A DNA stretch of 26,738 bases from a virus (IMGVR_UViG_3300021121_000028:1-26738), one strand, 5' to 3'; shown: positions 17,005-25,502, counted from the stretch's first letter. The notes: generated by a model from the letters alone, not told the origin. Numbers and translations are program-made.

Positions 17005-17697
17005 TTATCTCTTTTCACGACCAACCTTGGGTGCTGGCATTTCTTCTGGTTCTTCTGCTGGAAGTTCAGGAGCCTCTTCAGGTGGCATTTCTTCTTGCGA
17101 TGCCATAACGTCAGCTTCTTCTCCAGGAATTTCTTCTGCGCCAGGAGTAAATGCTTCTGGGCTACCGCCTTGACCTGTAATGCCATTTAATGCATTTGAT
17201 AACGTAGCTTTAGATTGTGCTAATGCTTGACTTAAACCGGTCAATGCTTCGTTAGCTTGTTGATTAAATTGTGTGCTTTCTTGTACACCAATTTCACTTT
17301 GAATGCTGTCTGTTAATGCAGGCAATTCTTTTACCATCATATCACTGACTTCTTCAATCATTTTTTGTACACTGTCAACCATGTCTTGCGCAGCTAAAAT
17401 AACTTGTGATTTTTCTACTTCTTCGTTTTCAACAACGATTCTTGCAGTGCGAGGTTTATTATTAATAATATGCTCTGTTAAAGCCTGTTCCATGAATACT
17501 AGTTTCATATATGAAGGCGAACTTTGATTTTCATAAAAGTCTTTGCTTGTTCTCATTTCTTGTTTTAAGCCTTGTACTTTTTTGAGCATTTTGGTAGCTG
17601 CGTCTTTGTTTAAATTTGATGGATCAAATTTATAATCAAAGCTTTCTTTGAGAGCTTTTACCGCATAATTTTTTGAATCTAAATCGTTGAGTTTCAT
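17005..17697 (-). CDS. Hypothetical phage protein with acidic Pro/Glu-rich tail (possible prohead core/scaffold-type)
   Basis: 230 aa, helical, acidic C-terminus; late promoter at 17721-17727. Confidence 0.7.
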   Translation of the reverse strand: MKLNDLDSKNYAVKALKESFDYKFDPSNLNKDAATKMLKKVQGLKQEMRTSKDFYENQSSPSYMKLVFMEQALTEHIINNKPRTARIVVENEEVEKSQVILAAQDMVDSVQKMIEEVSDMMVKELPALTDSIQSEIGVQESTQFNQQANEALTGLSQALAQSKATLSNALNGITGQGGSPEAFTPGAEEIPGEEADVMASQEEMPPEEAPELPAEEPEEMPAPKVGREKR

Positions 17698-17720
17698 AAT
17701 GTGTTTCCAATCCTATAATA

Positions 17721-17727
17721 TATTTAT
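17721..17727 (-). promoter_or_regulatory. Late promoter ATAAATA
   Basis: TATTTAT on the plus strand in a short intergenic gap. Confidence 0.6.
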
Positions 17728-17734
17728 CAGAATC

Positions 17735-18217
17735 CTAAGATATTTTGGTCTTAATTTTGTCAAATTTATCTTTTTGCCAACGCATTGAAGTTATAAGATA
17801 GTCGTTCAATTCACTTAATATCATTGACTTTCTATATTTAGTTTCCTGTATCTTGGCTAGATAAATGAATTTATCAGACGAATCCTTAGATTTTTTTAAT
17901 TTTTGTTGTAATATAGCTAAACTAACCTTAATACCGGACAATTCAATGTCTATTTCGGGTAGTCGATTGGCTTCTTTTACCCTAATATACTTGTCATATG
18001 TGCACCAAGCAATAGCTATTTTTAAGTCTGATACTATCGGGCACTTTTTCCATGGTTCCTTAATAGTTTTAATTTCAAAACAATCATCTTTGGGTGTTAT
18101 GCTATATTTTCCAAATGCCAAATAACTACCATCGCTAACCTCAAGTAGCATTATATCTTTTAGGTCTTTAGATATTTCTTTATCAAAAAACTTTTTAATT
18201 TTGTTGATTTTGTTCAT
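17735..18217 (-). CDS. Hypothetical phage protein
   Basis: Lys-rich ORF overlapping the end of the upstream gene. ATG 18217 preferred; TTG 18226 is an alternative. Confidence 0.65.
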   Translation of the reverse strand: MNKINKIKKFFDKEISKDLKDIMLLEVSDGSYLAFGKYSITPKDDCFEIKTIKEPWKKCPIVSDLKIAIAWCTYDKYIRVKEANRLPEIDIELSGIKVSLAILQQKLKKSKDSSDKFIYLAKIQETKYRKSMILSELNDYLITSMRWQKDKFDKIKTKIS

Positions 18218-18653
18218 GGTATACAAAGTAAATGTTTCTGAGTTCAGGGCTAGTATCTAAAAAATTACTGAGTTTATCAAATTCTGTACCACATTTAATC
18301 ATAGGTACACCATCACAGTCATTATAGAGTGCTCCCAATTTTCCATAGTCATTATCAAACACGCTAGGGTGTTGTATTATAAAATCAAATGTCCAAACGT
18401 TTACTAAATCTTTATTTAATTTTTTATATAAAAAACCAAATTCAGTGTTTTCGAAATATGTTTTGTTAAATACAGGTGGCGCTACTAGCTCGGGCTGACT
18501 ACGTAAACTTATAGCTTGTACAATAGTATCTAAATTTGCTTGAGTATTACGTTTATATAACCACTCATCATCCGTGTTACTAGGACGATTTCTGTTTAAC
18601 ACGTTTGTTTGTTTTATATCAAATAATGTATAACAGGTAATTATATAACTCAT
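18195..18653 (-). CDS. Hypothetical phage protein
   Basis: 152-aa ORF; CTAAATA at 18658-18664 lies 4 nt before the ATG. Confidence 0.75.
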   Translation of the reverse strand: MSYIITCYTLFDIKQTNVLNRNRPSNTDDEWLYKRNTQANLDTIVQAISLRSQPELVAPPVFNKTYFENTEFGFLYKKLNKDLVNVWTFDFIIQHPSVFDNDYGKLGALYNDCDGVPMIKCGTEFDKLSNFLDTSPELRNIYFVYHEQNQQN

Positions 18654-18668
18654 ACTGTATTTAGAGGC

Positions 18669-18697
18669 AAAAAAAACCAGAGAATAAATCTCTGGTT
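18669..18697 (-). terminator. Intrinsic terminator downstream of ORF 18722-19156
   Basis: 9-bp stem AACCAGAGA/TCTCTGGTT (18675-18697) with a 5-nt loop, followed by a U-run on the minus strand. T-rich on the other side too, so possibly bidirectional. Confidence 0.85.
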
Positions 18698-18721
18698 CTT
18701 TTTATAGTTAACAAGTAACTA

Positions 18722-19156
18722 TTATTCGTAATCAACCAATGTGTTAAATGTAGCAACTTGTGTACCAGATACGTTAGCATAACCTGTTGCTGTGTTAAGA
18801 GCAGAAGTTAAGTTTGCTGGGCTTGTGCCACCATTTGTTGATGCAACGTTTGACCATGCACCTGTTGGGTAAACAGCTAAACTGATGTTATCTTGTTGTG
18901 TGTTACCACCGCCGCCGGCGTTAACTTGATAAATCATAACTGTTGCTAATTGTTCAACTGTACGAATAACTGTTTGAGTTACTGTGCCGTTAGCTTGTAC
19001 GTTTGCAACTACAAAGTTGAAGAAGTCAAGTTTTGGACCTTGTGGTTGAACTACTGAACCGCTTGTGTTTGTGTTAACACCAGTGTTTGTATACGAAGCA
19101 TAGTCTAAGTTTAATACTGGTTGAAAGTCACCATTTGTACGTGTAAATTGTGCCAT
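18722..19156 (-). CDS. Putative abundant virion structural protein
   Basis: N/T/G/A-rich 144 aa with its own late promoter (GTAAATA 19202-19208), AAGGA RBS and its own terminator. Confidence 0.7.
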   Translation of the reverse strand: MAQFTRTNGDFQPVLNLDYASYTNTGVNTNTSGSVVQPQGPKLDFFNFVVANVQANGTVTQTVIRTVEQLATVMIYQVNAGGGGNTQQDNISLAVYPTGAWSNVASTNGGTSPANLTSALNTATGYANVSGTQVATFNTLVDYE

Positions 19157-19260
19157 TTTGAAAATTCCTTAAGTTTGTTGAAGCCTACTGCTTCATATCT
19201 GTATTTACACTTTTTTCAAAAAAAGTCGGTTTTATGGTATCTTTTTGGTGCATTTTTTAA

Positions 19261-19377
19261 GTAATCGTAACTGGTACTAGAAAGGAACTTATGTTTAAAA
19301 CCCAATTAAATGATGATGCTATGTCCAAACTGTTAAGGGGGAAACATAAATGCAGAGGAAATTGGAAATTAGTTTAA
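19261..19377 (+). pseudogene. Probable remnant of a homing endonuclease C-terminal DNA-binding domain
   Basis: Open frame VIVTGTRKELMFKTQLNDDAMSKLLRGKHKCRGNWKLV* after an in-frame TAA at 19258-19260; resembles NUMOD1/IENR1-type HTH tails. Confidence 0.45.
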
Positions 19378-20525
19378 CGACCCTGAAGGTTCTGTCTACT
19401 AAAGCCCATACGATCTACAAATTTTAGCCCGTTGGCAACAAAACCCTCTTGACTTGCTGTACCATCATTGAGATAGCCTTGTACAGGGCTAGATTTTGCT
19501 GCTTGATTCAATTGATGTACGATTTTCTCTTTTAGATTGTATAAATCAATCCATACTGTAAATGCACCAACTACGCCTCTTTTATTTTGTTTCAAGTGGT
19601 TAGTTAATTTTTGTTTCATAACAGCAGTCATGGGACGTGCTTCAAAATATTTTACAAATTCACTGTATAAGTTTTTAAGATTGCCTTCTTTGACTTTTTT
19701 ATTAATAAAAGTAGTAAACAATTGATTAAATGTATTTCTAGCTTGTGGTGCAGTAGTCATTAATTGTTGTATGTCTGCCCCGTATTTTGTAATATCGTCT
19801 TTAGTTTTCTTTACTAATTTTGCATCAGCTTTTAATTTAGGTGCAGCTGGCATAGCACTTGGAATAATAGCTACGTTGTTATTATTTTTAAGATTACCAA
19901 TTCCACCATTTAATGATACTGCTTGATCAGTGCTATCAGCATTAGGATCAATATATTGATGTACAGCAATCCCTGCTACTTTTTTAGTCATTAATTTACC
20001 CAGTTCGCTGTTTGGATCTACTGTATATGTAATGCCGTTAGGATTAGCTTTGAATGAGTATAATCCATTATTATTTGGTGTTAACGGTTTATGAAATAGT
20101 AAATCTCCCCAATAATAACCTTTAGTGCCTCTACTCTCTATTTCTAAACCAGACCATATCTCACTAATTATACGTTCTAATTCGCCGCGATTTACACCTC
20201 TAGCTGCATCATATTGTGCAAAGTCAGCAGGACTATAAATTTTACGACCACTGCCATCTTTTTTGTTGAACATATGTTTGTCCATAATGCTAAATTTACC
20301 ATTAGGGCCACGACCAAAAATCAATGCAGGATATCCATCCCATTTAATAGAAATGTTATTAGGATTTTTTGCTGTAGCAAGTATGTTGTTTAATGCTTGA
20401 TTAGCACCTGCAACATCTTGTAAAAAGACTAAATCTTCAGGATGATCTAAATGTCCTTTGTCTTCTACTAATTTTATATTAGCTAATTTGTCACTAAGAT
20501 TGCGCAATGATTCTGTTAAGTTCAT
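19374..20525 (-). CDS. DUF6267-like phage protein with ligase-type nucleotidyltransferase motifs
   Basis: HLDHPED, SIKWDG (KxDG), YWGDLL, EGFVA and LKFVDR. Start moved to ATG 20525. Confidence 0.65.
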   Translation of the reverse strand: MNLTESLRNLSDKLANIKLVEDKGHLDHPEDLVFLQDVAGANQALNNILATAKNPNNISIKWDGYPALIFGRGPNGKFSIMDKHMFNKKDGSGRKIYSPADFAQYDAARGVNRGELERIISEIWSGLEIESRGTKGYYWGDLLFHKPLTPNNNGLYSFKANPNGITYTVDPNSELGKLMTKKVAGIAVHQYIDPNADSTDQAVSLNGGIGNLKNNNNVAIIPSAMPAAPKLKADAKLVKKTKDDITKYGADIQQLMTTAPQARNTFNQLFTTFINKKVKEGNLKNLYSEFVKYFEARPMTAVMKQKLTNHLKQNKRGVVGAFTVWIDLYNLKEKIVHQLNQAAKSSPVQGYLNDGTASQEGFVANGLKFVDRMGFSRQNLQGR

Positions 20526-20526
20526 A

Positions 20527-21570
20527 TTATTTTTTGTTCTGTTGTGCAAGCATACGTTGTTTTGCAGCAGCCATTCTTTGTAGAAATTCAGGAGAAACTT
20601 TTGGTTTTTGCTGAGGAGTTGTAGGTTGTTGTGTAGGTTGCTGTTGTGGTTCTTGCGCCGTTGCTATCCCTTTTGCTATATTTGAATTAGTATTTTGTAC
20701 TGTATTCGGTGCTACAGTAGGTTCAGGAGTAGCTACCTTTGGTTGTTCATTTGGTGGTACAGTTACCCATTGACCTTGAACATTTTTAACTTTAGGTTTT
20801 GGTTGTGCAGGTGGGACGTTTTGAGCAGTTTGTTTTTGCCAAGTATTATCTAGCCATTTAATAGTTTCTAAGCTAGTAACTGGTTTATTACCTACTTTCC
20901 AACCATTTGGTCCCTTAGTATAAACATCTCCACCTATTTCTAATGTTGGTGCTTCGGCGCTAGCTGGTGGTGCGGCACCAGGTAAAGGGGCTACCAACTC
21001 AGGGTGTAATCTAGCCATTCTAATTTGATTTACGTCTGTAATATCAGGTTTTTCAACTTTCTTTTTTAATGATGATAATTCATCAATAGCTGTAACTGCT
21101 AATCTACGTCCTAAATTGTTAATAGATGTTTCGAGATTTGCTTCTGCATATGGTACCTTTTTATTAACATTCATTGCATCTTTAATAAACGACTGTATTA
21201 ATTTTTGATATTCAGGATTAGGTTTTAAATATCTATTGTAAATTACTGAGTATCCTGTTTGCGGATCATGCGGTAAAGCATCGCTTAATGCTCTATCAAT
21301 CCATTTTTCCCATTGTTCAGGTTTTTTATATGTTGATACAATTGCGCTATCTTCTTGCATAGCATTTTGTATGTCTTGCGCAAATTCTTTTGCGTATTTT
21401 GCTAAAACACCAGGAGTTTGCTGTGATAAAGGAACTTGTGAGGCTTTTGCTGCGTTAGCTGCGGCATCTGCTTCTTTTTTACGTTGTAATTTAGAATATT
21501 GGTTTTTACCAAGTAATCCGGTAGCTCGTAAAGGGTCAAGCAAACCTTCATTAAATTCTTTAAATCTCAT
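20527..21570 (-). CDS. Hypothetical protein with Pro/Gln-rich low-complexity C-terminus
   Basis: 347-aa ORF in a late operon; N-terminus MRFKEFNE. Confidence 0.75.
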   Translation of the reverse strand: MRFKEFNEGLLDPLRATGLLGKNQYSKLQRKKEADAAANAAKASQVPLSQQTPGVLAKYAKEFAQDIQNAMQEDSAIVSTYKKPEQWEKWIDRALSDALPHDPQTGYSVIYNRYLKPNPEYQKLIQSFIKDAMNVNKKVPYAEANLETSINNLGRRLAVTAIDELSSLKKKVEKPDITDVNQIRMARLHPELVAPLPGAAPPASAEAPTLEIGGDVYTKGPNGWKVGNKPVTSLETIKWLDNTWQKQTAQNVPPAQPKPKVKNVQGQWVTVPPNEQPKVATPEPTVAPNTVQNTNSNIAKGIATAQEPQQQPTQQPTTPQQKPKVSPEFLQRMAAAKQRMLAQQNKK

Positions 21571-21805
21571 CCTTCTTCCTTAAAGATTTTGCGAACCTGC
21601 GTTGGTCCTTACTCTTTATGGAACTAAGTAATTTCTTTTCTAGAATTTCTGCCTTTTCAACAGAGTAATGCTTGCCTATTAATTCTAATAAATTAATAGC
21701 ACTTGCAATTACATTATTAGCACGACTTTCTATGACATGGTTAATATCACGGCTGCTACCAATGGATTCTAATTCTTCTAACAGACTTCTAGTTTTTTTC
21801 TGCAT
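21560..21805 (-). CDS. Hypothetical phage protein
   Basis: 81-aa ORF with AGGA RBS and a late promoter at 21823-21829. Confidence 0.75.
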   Translation of the reverse strand: MQKKTRSLLEELESIGSSRDINHVIESRANNVIASAINLLELIGKHYSVEKAEILEKKLLSSIKSKDQRRFAKSLRKKDEI

Positions 21806-21812
21806 ACGTAGG

Positions 21813-21843
21813 TCCTATACTGTATTTATCGGATTTTATAGGA
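21813..21843 (-). promoter_or_regulatory. Late promoter (21823-21829) enclosed by an anti-RBS/RBS inverted repeat
   Basis: TCCTATA (21813-21819) and TATAGGA (21837-21843) flank TATTTAT. Confidence 0.6.
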
Positions 21844-21845
21844 AT

Positions 21846-23237
21846 CTATTTGTTTAGTTGGTTCAATAAACTCTTTAATTTGGAGCTTTGAACATCAGCT
21901 ACGACCTTTTTAGTTTCAGGTTCTATACTATCGGTTATAGTTGAAACCGTCTTAATTTTACTCATAATGTCATTAGCTGAGGGCTGAGGAACTGTAGAAT
22001 TGTCAGAATTTTCTTCAGGGTCTGTAATTCTTAGAGTATCTACGTCAAATGCAAGTTCAATCTTTTGACCTACACCAGAACTACTACGAGTTTTCATTAA
22101 TTGTAACTGATATTGCCCACGTTCACGCATACTACGACTTGTAAAGATACCAAACACGTTATCAGCAGTATTGATCTTACTAATACCACCTGAAATATGA
22201 CTATGATCAAATTCGATTTCTTCTACCGCAGCACGATTTAACTGACTGGCTGTTACAAACAATACGTTTAATTCTTTTGCCAAGTTACGCAATTCTTCAC
22301 TAACATATTTGTCTTTGACAAACAAATCGCTGGGACTTACTTTTGCGCTTACGGGCATAATCAAATCAAGATAATCGATACATAAAAAATCTACTTTTAC
22401 TCCAGTTTGTATTTGTAGTTCTTTACAATATGCTCTGATATCGTTTACTGTGCTTTGTGCTGGCATATATTTGATTCTAAGTTTACCTGCCTTCTTTGCT
22501 GCCATTTTAACTTTCATTTCAACATTGTCAATATCTTTGAAAATGTCCCTACTAGCAGTTTGTGTCATCATACTATCGATGCGCAACGCACAAAGACCTT
22601 CACTTAATTCTAAGGTTATATATGCACCATTTAAGCCTGATTGTGCCCAGTTAACAGCAAGATTTTGCATAAACAAACTTTTACCAGAACCTGAGCCACC
22701 AGCAAAGATTTGTAATTCACCACGATTGAACCCACCATATAGTTTCTTATCCATGCTAGGCCAGCCTGTACTGTTTTGTCCATTGCTGCTTTTAAGTGCC
22801 ATTAATCGACCACGAGGATCGTCAAAATAGTCAGTACCCATGTCACGTTGTAGACTAATTTGCACAGCATCTTTGATTAGTTTTTCTACTGGATCATATT
22901 CACCTTTTTCTAATAAGTCGGCTGACTTTAAAATAGCCCTTTCAAGTTCTTGTCGTTTAGTAAATGCCTCAAATTCTTCTAAGAACCACTCATAATGTCC
23001 ATCATCTAAATCATCTACAGTTTCAATAGTTTGACCTGTTGTTGCCTTAATTTGATTTGGTTCTGGCATAACATTATATTTTTTACTGTGGTCAACAATA
23101 AAATCTGCTACTGGTCGCAATGTGCGATCAAAGTTTTTTGGATTCATGATATTCATAACACGAGTATATAACTCAGCGTTTGTAACCATCATACGTAAAA
23201 ACAATGTTTGTACTTCGACATTATAATCGTTTAGCAA
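21846..23237 (-). CDS. dnaB: Replicative DNA helicase (DnaB / T4 gp41-like, SF4)
   Basis: Walker A GGSGSGKS, YITLEL, Walker B LCIDYLD, TASQLNR and MKTR. Confidence 0.93.
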   Translation of the reverse strand: MLNDYNVEVQTLFLRMMVTNAELYTRVMNIMNPKNFDRTLRPVADFIVDHSKKYNVMPEPNQIKATTGQTIETVDDLDDGHYEWFLEEFEAFTKRQELERAILKSADLLEKGEYDPVEKLIKDAVQISLQRDMGTDYFDDPRGRLMALKSSNGQNSTGWPSMDKKLYGGFNRGELQIFAGGSGSGKSLFMQNLAVNWAQSGLNGAYITLELSEGLCALRIDSMMTQTASRDIFKDIDNVEMKVKMAAKKAGKLRIKYMPAQSTVNDIRAYCKELQIQTGVKVDFLCIDYLDLIMPVSAKVSPSDLFVKDKYVSEELRNLAKELNVLFVTASQLNRAAVEEIEFDHSHISGGISKINTADNVFGIFTSRSMRERGQYQLQLMKTRSSSGVGQKIELAFDVDTLRITDPEENSDNSTVPQPSANDIMSKIKTVSTITDSIEPETKKVVADVQSSKLKSLLNQLNK

Positions 23238-24189
23238 TTTCTTTTTTCCTCATTTCAATCTTTATCTTACTGCTAGTTTCATTTTGCAGTATACTTAGCA
23301 TAGTTGCTACTTTGCCATATTTTACTACAGCATCATTAACATCTTTAACGTTCCAGTCTGGCAAACTAACACTAAATCCTAATTCTAATGCTCTATCGCA
23401 AATTTCTAACCCAGCTTTGTCTTGATCAGGCACAACGATAATCTTTCTATTAAGATTTTTTAGTAATGTAGCCTGTTCTTCACTGATTGAATTATGCGTT
23501 AATGCACATCCATTAATACTCAATGCGTCAAATATACCTTCGACTACTATACAAAATTGATAATCACTTTTTTGTAAATCATAACCAAACAAATATCCTG
23601 ATTGTTGTTCACTTATAAACTTAGGTTTTCTGTCATCTAAAAATCTACTTGTATGACCAACAATTTTATTTTCATGTGTAAAGGGTATGATAACTCTATT
23701 ACTGTTACGTCCTTCAGCATTTGGTGTTACTAAGAAGGGATATTCGCTAATAGTTATGCCACGTTTTTGTAAATAATCAACGTATACTTTGTGATTTATA
23801 TTGTTTACATCAACTAATTCACCCTCAGGTAATTTCATTTCTTTGAACTTTACCTTTTTCTTTTCACGTTTTTTATTAGTAAAGTCTAACAAATCTTTGT
23901 GTTGTAAACTTTCAAAATTCCATTTAGTAATTTGATCACTGTCTATACCACACCAAGTTAATAATAATTTAGTGTTTTTAGTTAATGATTTACCTAATAC
24001 AAATCCACATTTGAAGTTACAATTAAAGCAATGATATGTCCATTTGTTTGGCCCGTCAGTTATTACCCCGCCTCGCATACGACGGTCTGCTTTGTGTCCA
24101 CGATTAACACAACAGGGGGCGTTAAAGCTTTGCCAACCACTACTAGTTGATTTCTTTTTGCCAGGAATAATAGATAATATCTCAAACAT
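23221..24189 (-). CDS. dnaG: DNA primase (Zn-binding + TOPRIM)
   Basis: PCC..YHCFNC zinc domain, IIPF, VVEGIFDA, VPDQD and KDVND; adjacent to the helicase. Confidence 0.9.
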   Translation of the reverse strand: MFEILSIIPGKKKSTSSGWQSFNAPCCVNRGHKADRRMRGGVITDGPNKWTYHCFNCNFKCGFVLGKSLTKNTKLLLTWCGIDSDQITKWNFESLQHKDLLDFTNKKREKKKVKFKEMKLPEGELVDVNNINHKVYVDYLQKRGITISEYPFLVTPNAEGRNSNRVIIPFTHENKIVGHTSRFLDDRKPKFISEQQSGYLFGYDLQKSDYQFCIVVEGIFDALSINGCALTHNSISEEQATLLKNLNRKIIVVPDQDKAGLEICDRALELGFSVSLPDWNVKDVNDAVVKYGKVATMLSILQNETSSKIKIEMRKKEIAKRL

Positions 24190-24195
24190 CTAGAT

Positions 24196-24224
24196 ATTAT
24201 AACTTGTTGAAATACAAATGTAAA
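24196..24224 (-). promoter_or_regulatory. sigma70-type promoter TTTACA-17-TATAAT, predicted leaderless
   Basis: -35 at 24219-24224, -10 at 24196-24201, 6 nt to the ATG at 24189. Confidence 0.75.
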
Positions 24225-24225
24225 G

Positions 24226-25047
24226 TTATCTGGCGTAAATATTGGACAAAATATCAAAGCCGTTTGCAATATTATTAGCGTTTGCTTCAAATGCCACTTG
24301 TACAAACGGATAGAATCCTTCAATTACATACCCAAGAGTATTGGTAATATTAGAATATGTATATGAAGTAATTGGTGCCCAATCTCCGTTACCTGTGCAG
24401 CTACCTAAAATTGCTACATTGCCTGTGTATTGATAATATTCCATTTGTAAAGTTAATATTGGGTTATTATCATTTGTAATTACACTGCTATGCCATACAG
24501 TATTTCCTGCACCAAACATAGGTTGGTCATTAGAATTGAAAGTATATGGACCATCTAAACCTGGAATGCCTTGAGCAGATGGTATAGTAACCTTTAATGA
24601 AGGAACCACACTTGGCAATATAGCATTTACAATAGCTAAATCGCCTCTTGCCTGTGCAGCTTGATCAACGTATACAGGGAAGTTCATGGTACCATCTTGT
24701 GATGGGATAGACAACGTGTAGAAACATTGTTGCGCATCTACAGGTACCAATGTACTTGAATTTAAATTAAGTTGCATTATACCGTTAGCTGGATATACCG
24801 AATCTAATGATTGTTGAAATAATATAGTGCTACCAGTTTGATCTATTGCTCTAAAAGTTATTTCAAGTCCAGTTACATCTACAGGTTTCTGATCTTGATT
24901 TAAGAATTGAAATTGTAATTGATTGTCTACACCTTTACTTAGGGTGAGAGGTTTTGAATAGACTGGCATAAATCTCCTTGGCGACGGTCCTGATAGGACA
25001 ACAACAATGTTTCGTTGAATATATAAAAATACCGCTGTTGTATACAC
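24226..25047 (-). CDS. Putative virion structural protein (BppU-like beta-sandwich N-terminus)
   Basis: KGVDNQLQFQFLNQDQKPVDVTG pattern. GTG start at 25047 with AAGGAG at 25056-25061 and late promoter at 25067-25073. Confidence 0.65.
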   Translation of the reverse strand: MYTTAVFLYIQRNIVVVLSGPSPRRFMPVYSKPLTLSKGVDNQLQFQFLNQDQKPVDVTGLEITFRAIDQTGSTILFQQSLDSVYPANGIMQLNLNSSTLVPVDAQQCFYTLSIPSQDGTMNFPVYVDQAAQARGDLAIVNAILPSVVPSLKVTIPSAQGIPGLDGPYTFNSNDQPMFGAGNTVWHSSVITNDNNPILTLQMEYYQYTGNVAILGSCTGNGDWAPITSYTYSNITNTLGYVIEGFYPFVQVAFEANANNIANGFDILSNIYAR

Positions 25048-25121
25048 TGATGATGCTCCTTGACAGTATTTATTCAGATAAAATATTATGTATGGGTAAA
25101 AAAGAGTAAATAAGCATAACA

Positions 25122-25502
25122 ATGGTTGACAAAGATTTTTTTACAAAATTAACTGAAAATCACCCGTTTATCACGGTCTGCTCCTACGCCGGTCAAGACT
25201 ATGTAGGAATTGTACAGAATCGTGATGACTTAGTAACTACAATTTATGATTATGGCAGTATTGTAGACAGCAATGTTAAAGAAAAATTCCTAAAATTAGG
25301 GGATTGCTGGTGGTGGGAAAGCAATAGAACCATACCAATTAATCTATTTCTAAAAAGTGAATGGGATCCATTTAAGATATATTTGCGTACTTTTGCGAAC
25401 AAAAGTTTAGTGATTATTCATGGCCCTGTTACTAGCATTAGTGAAATCAGCAAACGCCGTATTAAACGTAAGAGCATTACCCTAGTTAAACGTATGCCCT
25501 GA
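25122..25502 (+). CDS. Conserved hypothetical phage protein
   Basis: 126-aa ORF with WWWESNRTIPINLFL; GTAAATA at 25106-25112. Confidence 0.75.
   Translation: MVDKDFFTKLTENHPFITVCSYAGQDYVGIVQNRDDLVTTIYDYGSIVDSNVKEKFLKLGDCWWWESNRTIPINLFLKSEWDPFKIYLRTFANKSLVIIHGPVTSISEISKRRIKRKSITLVKRMP

Noticed and set aside
25048-25122. Upstream extension of ORF 24226-25122
   Set aside because: It spans the RBS and promoters; GTG 25047 has a well-spaced AAGGAG.
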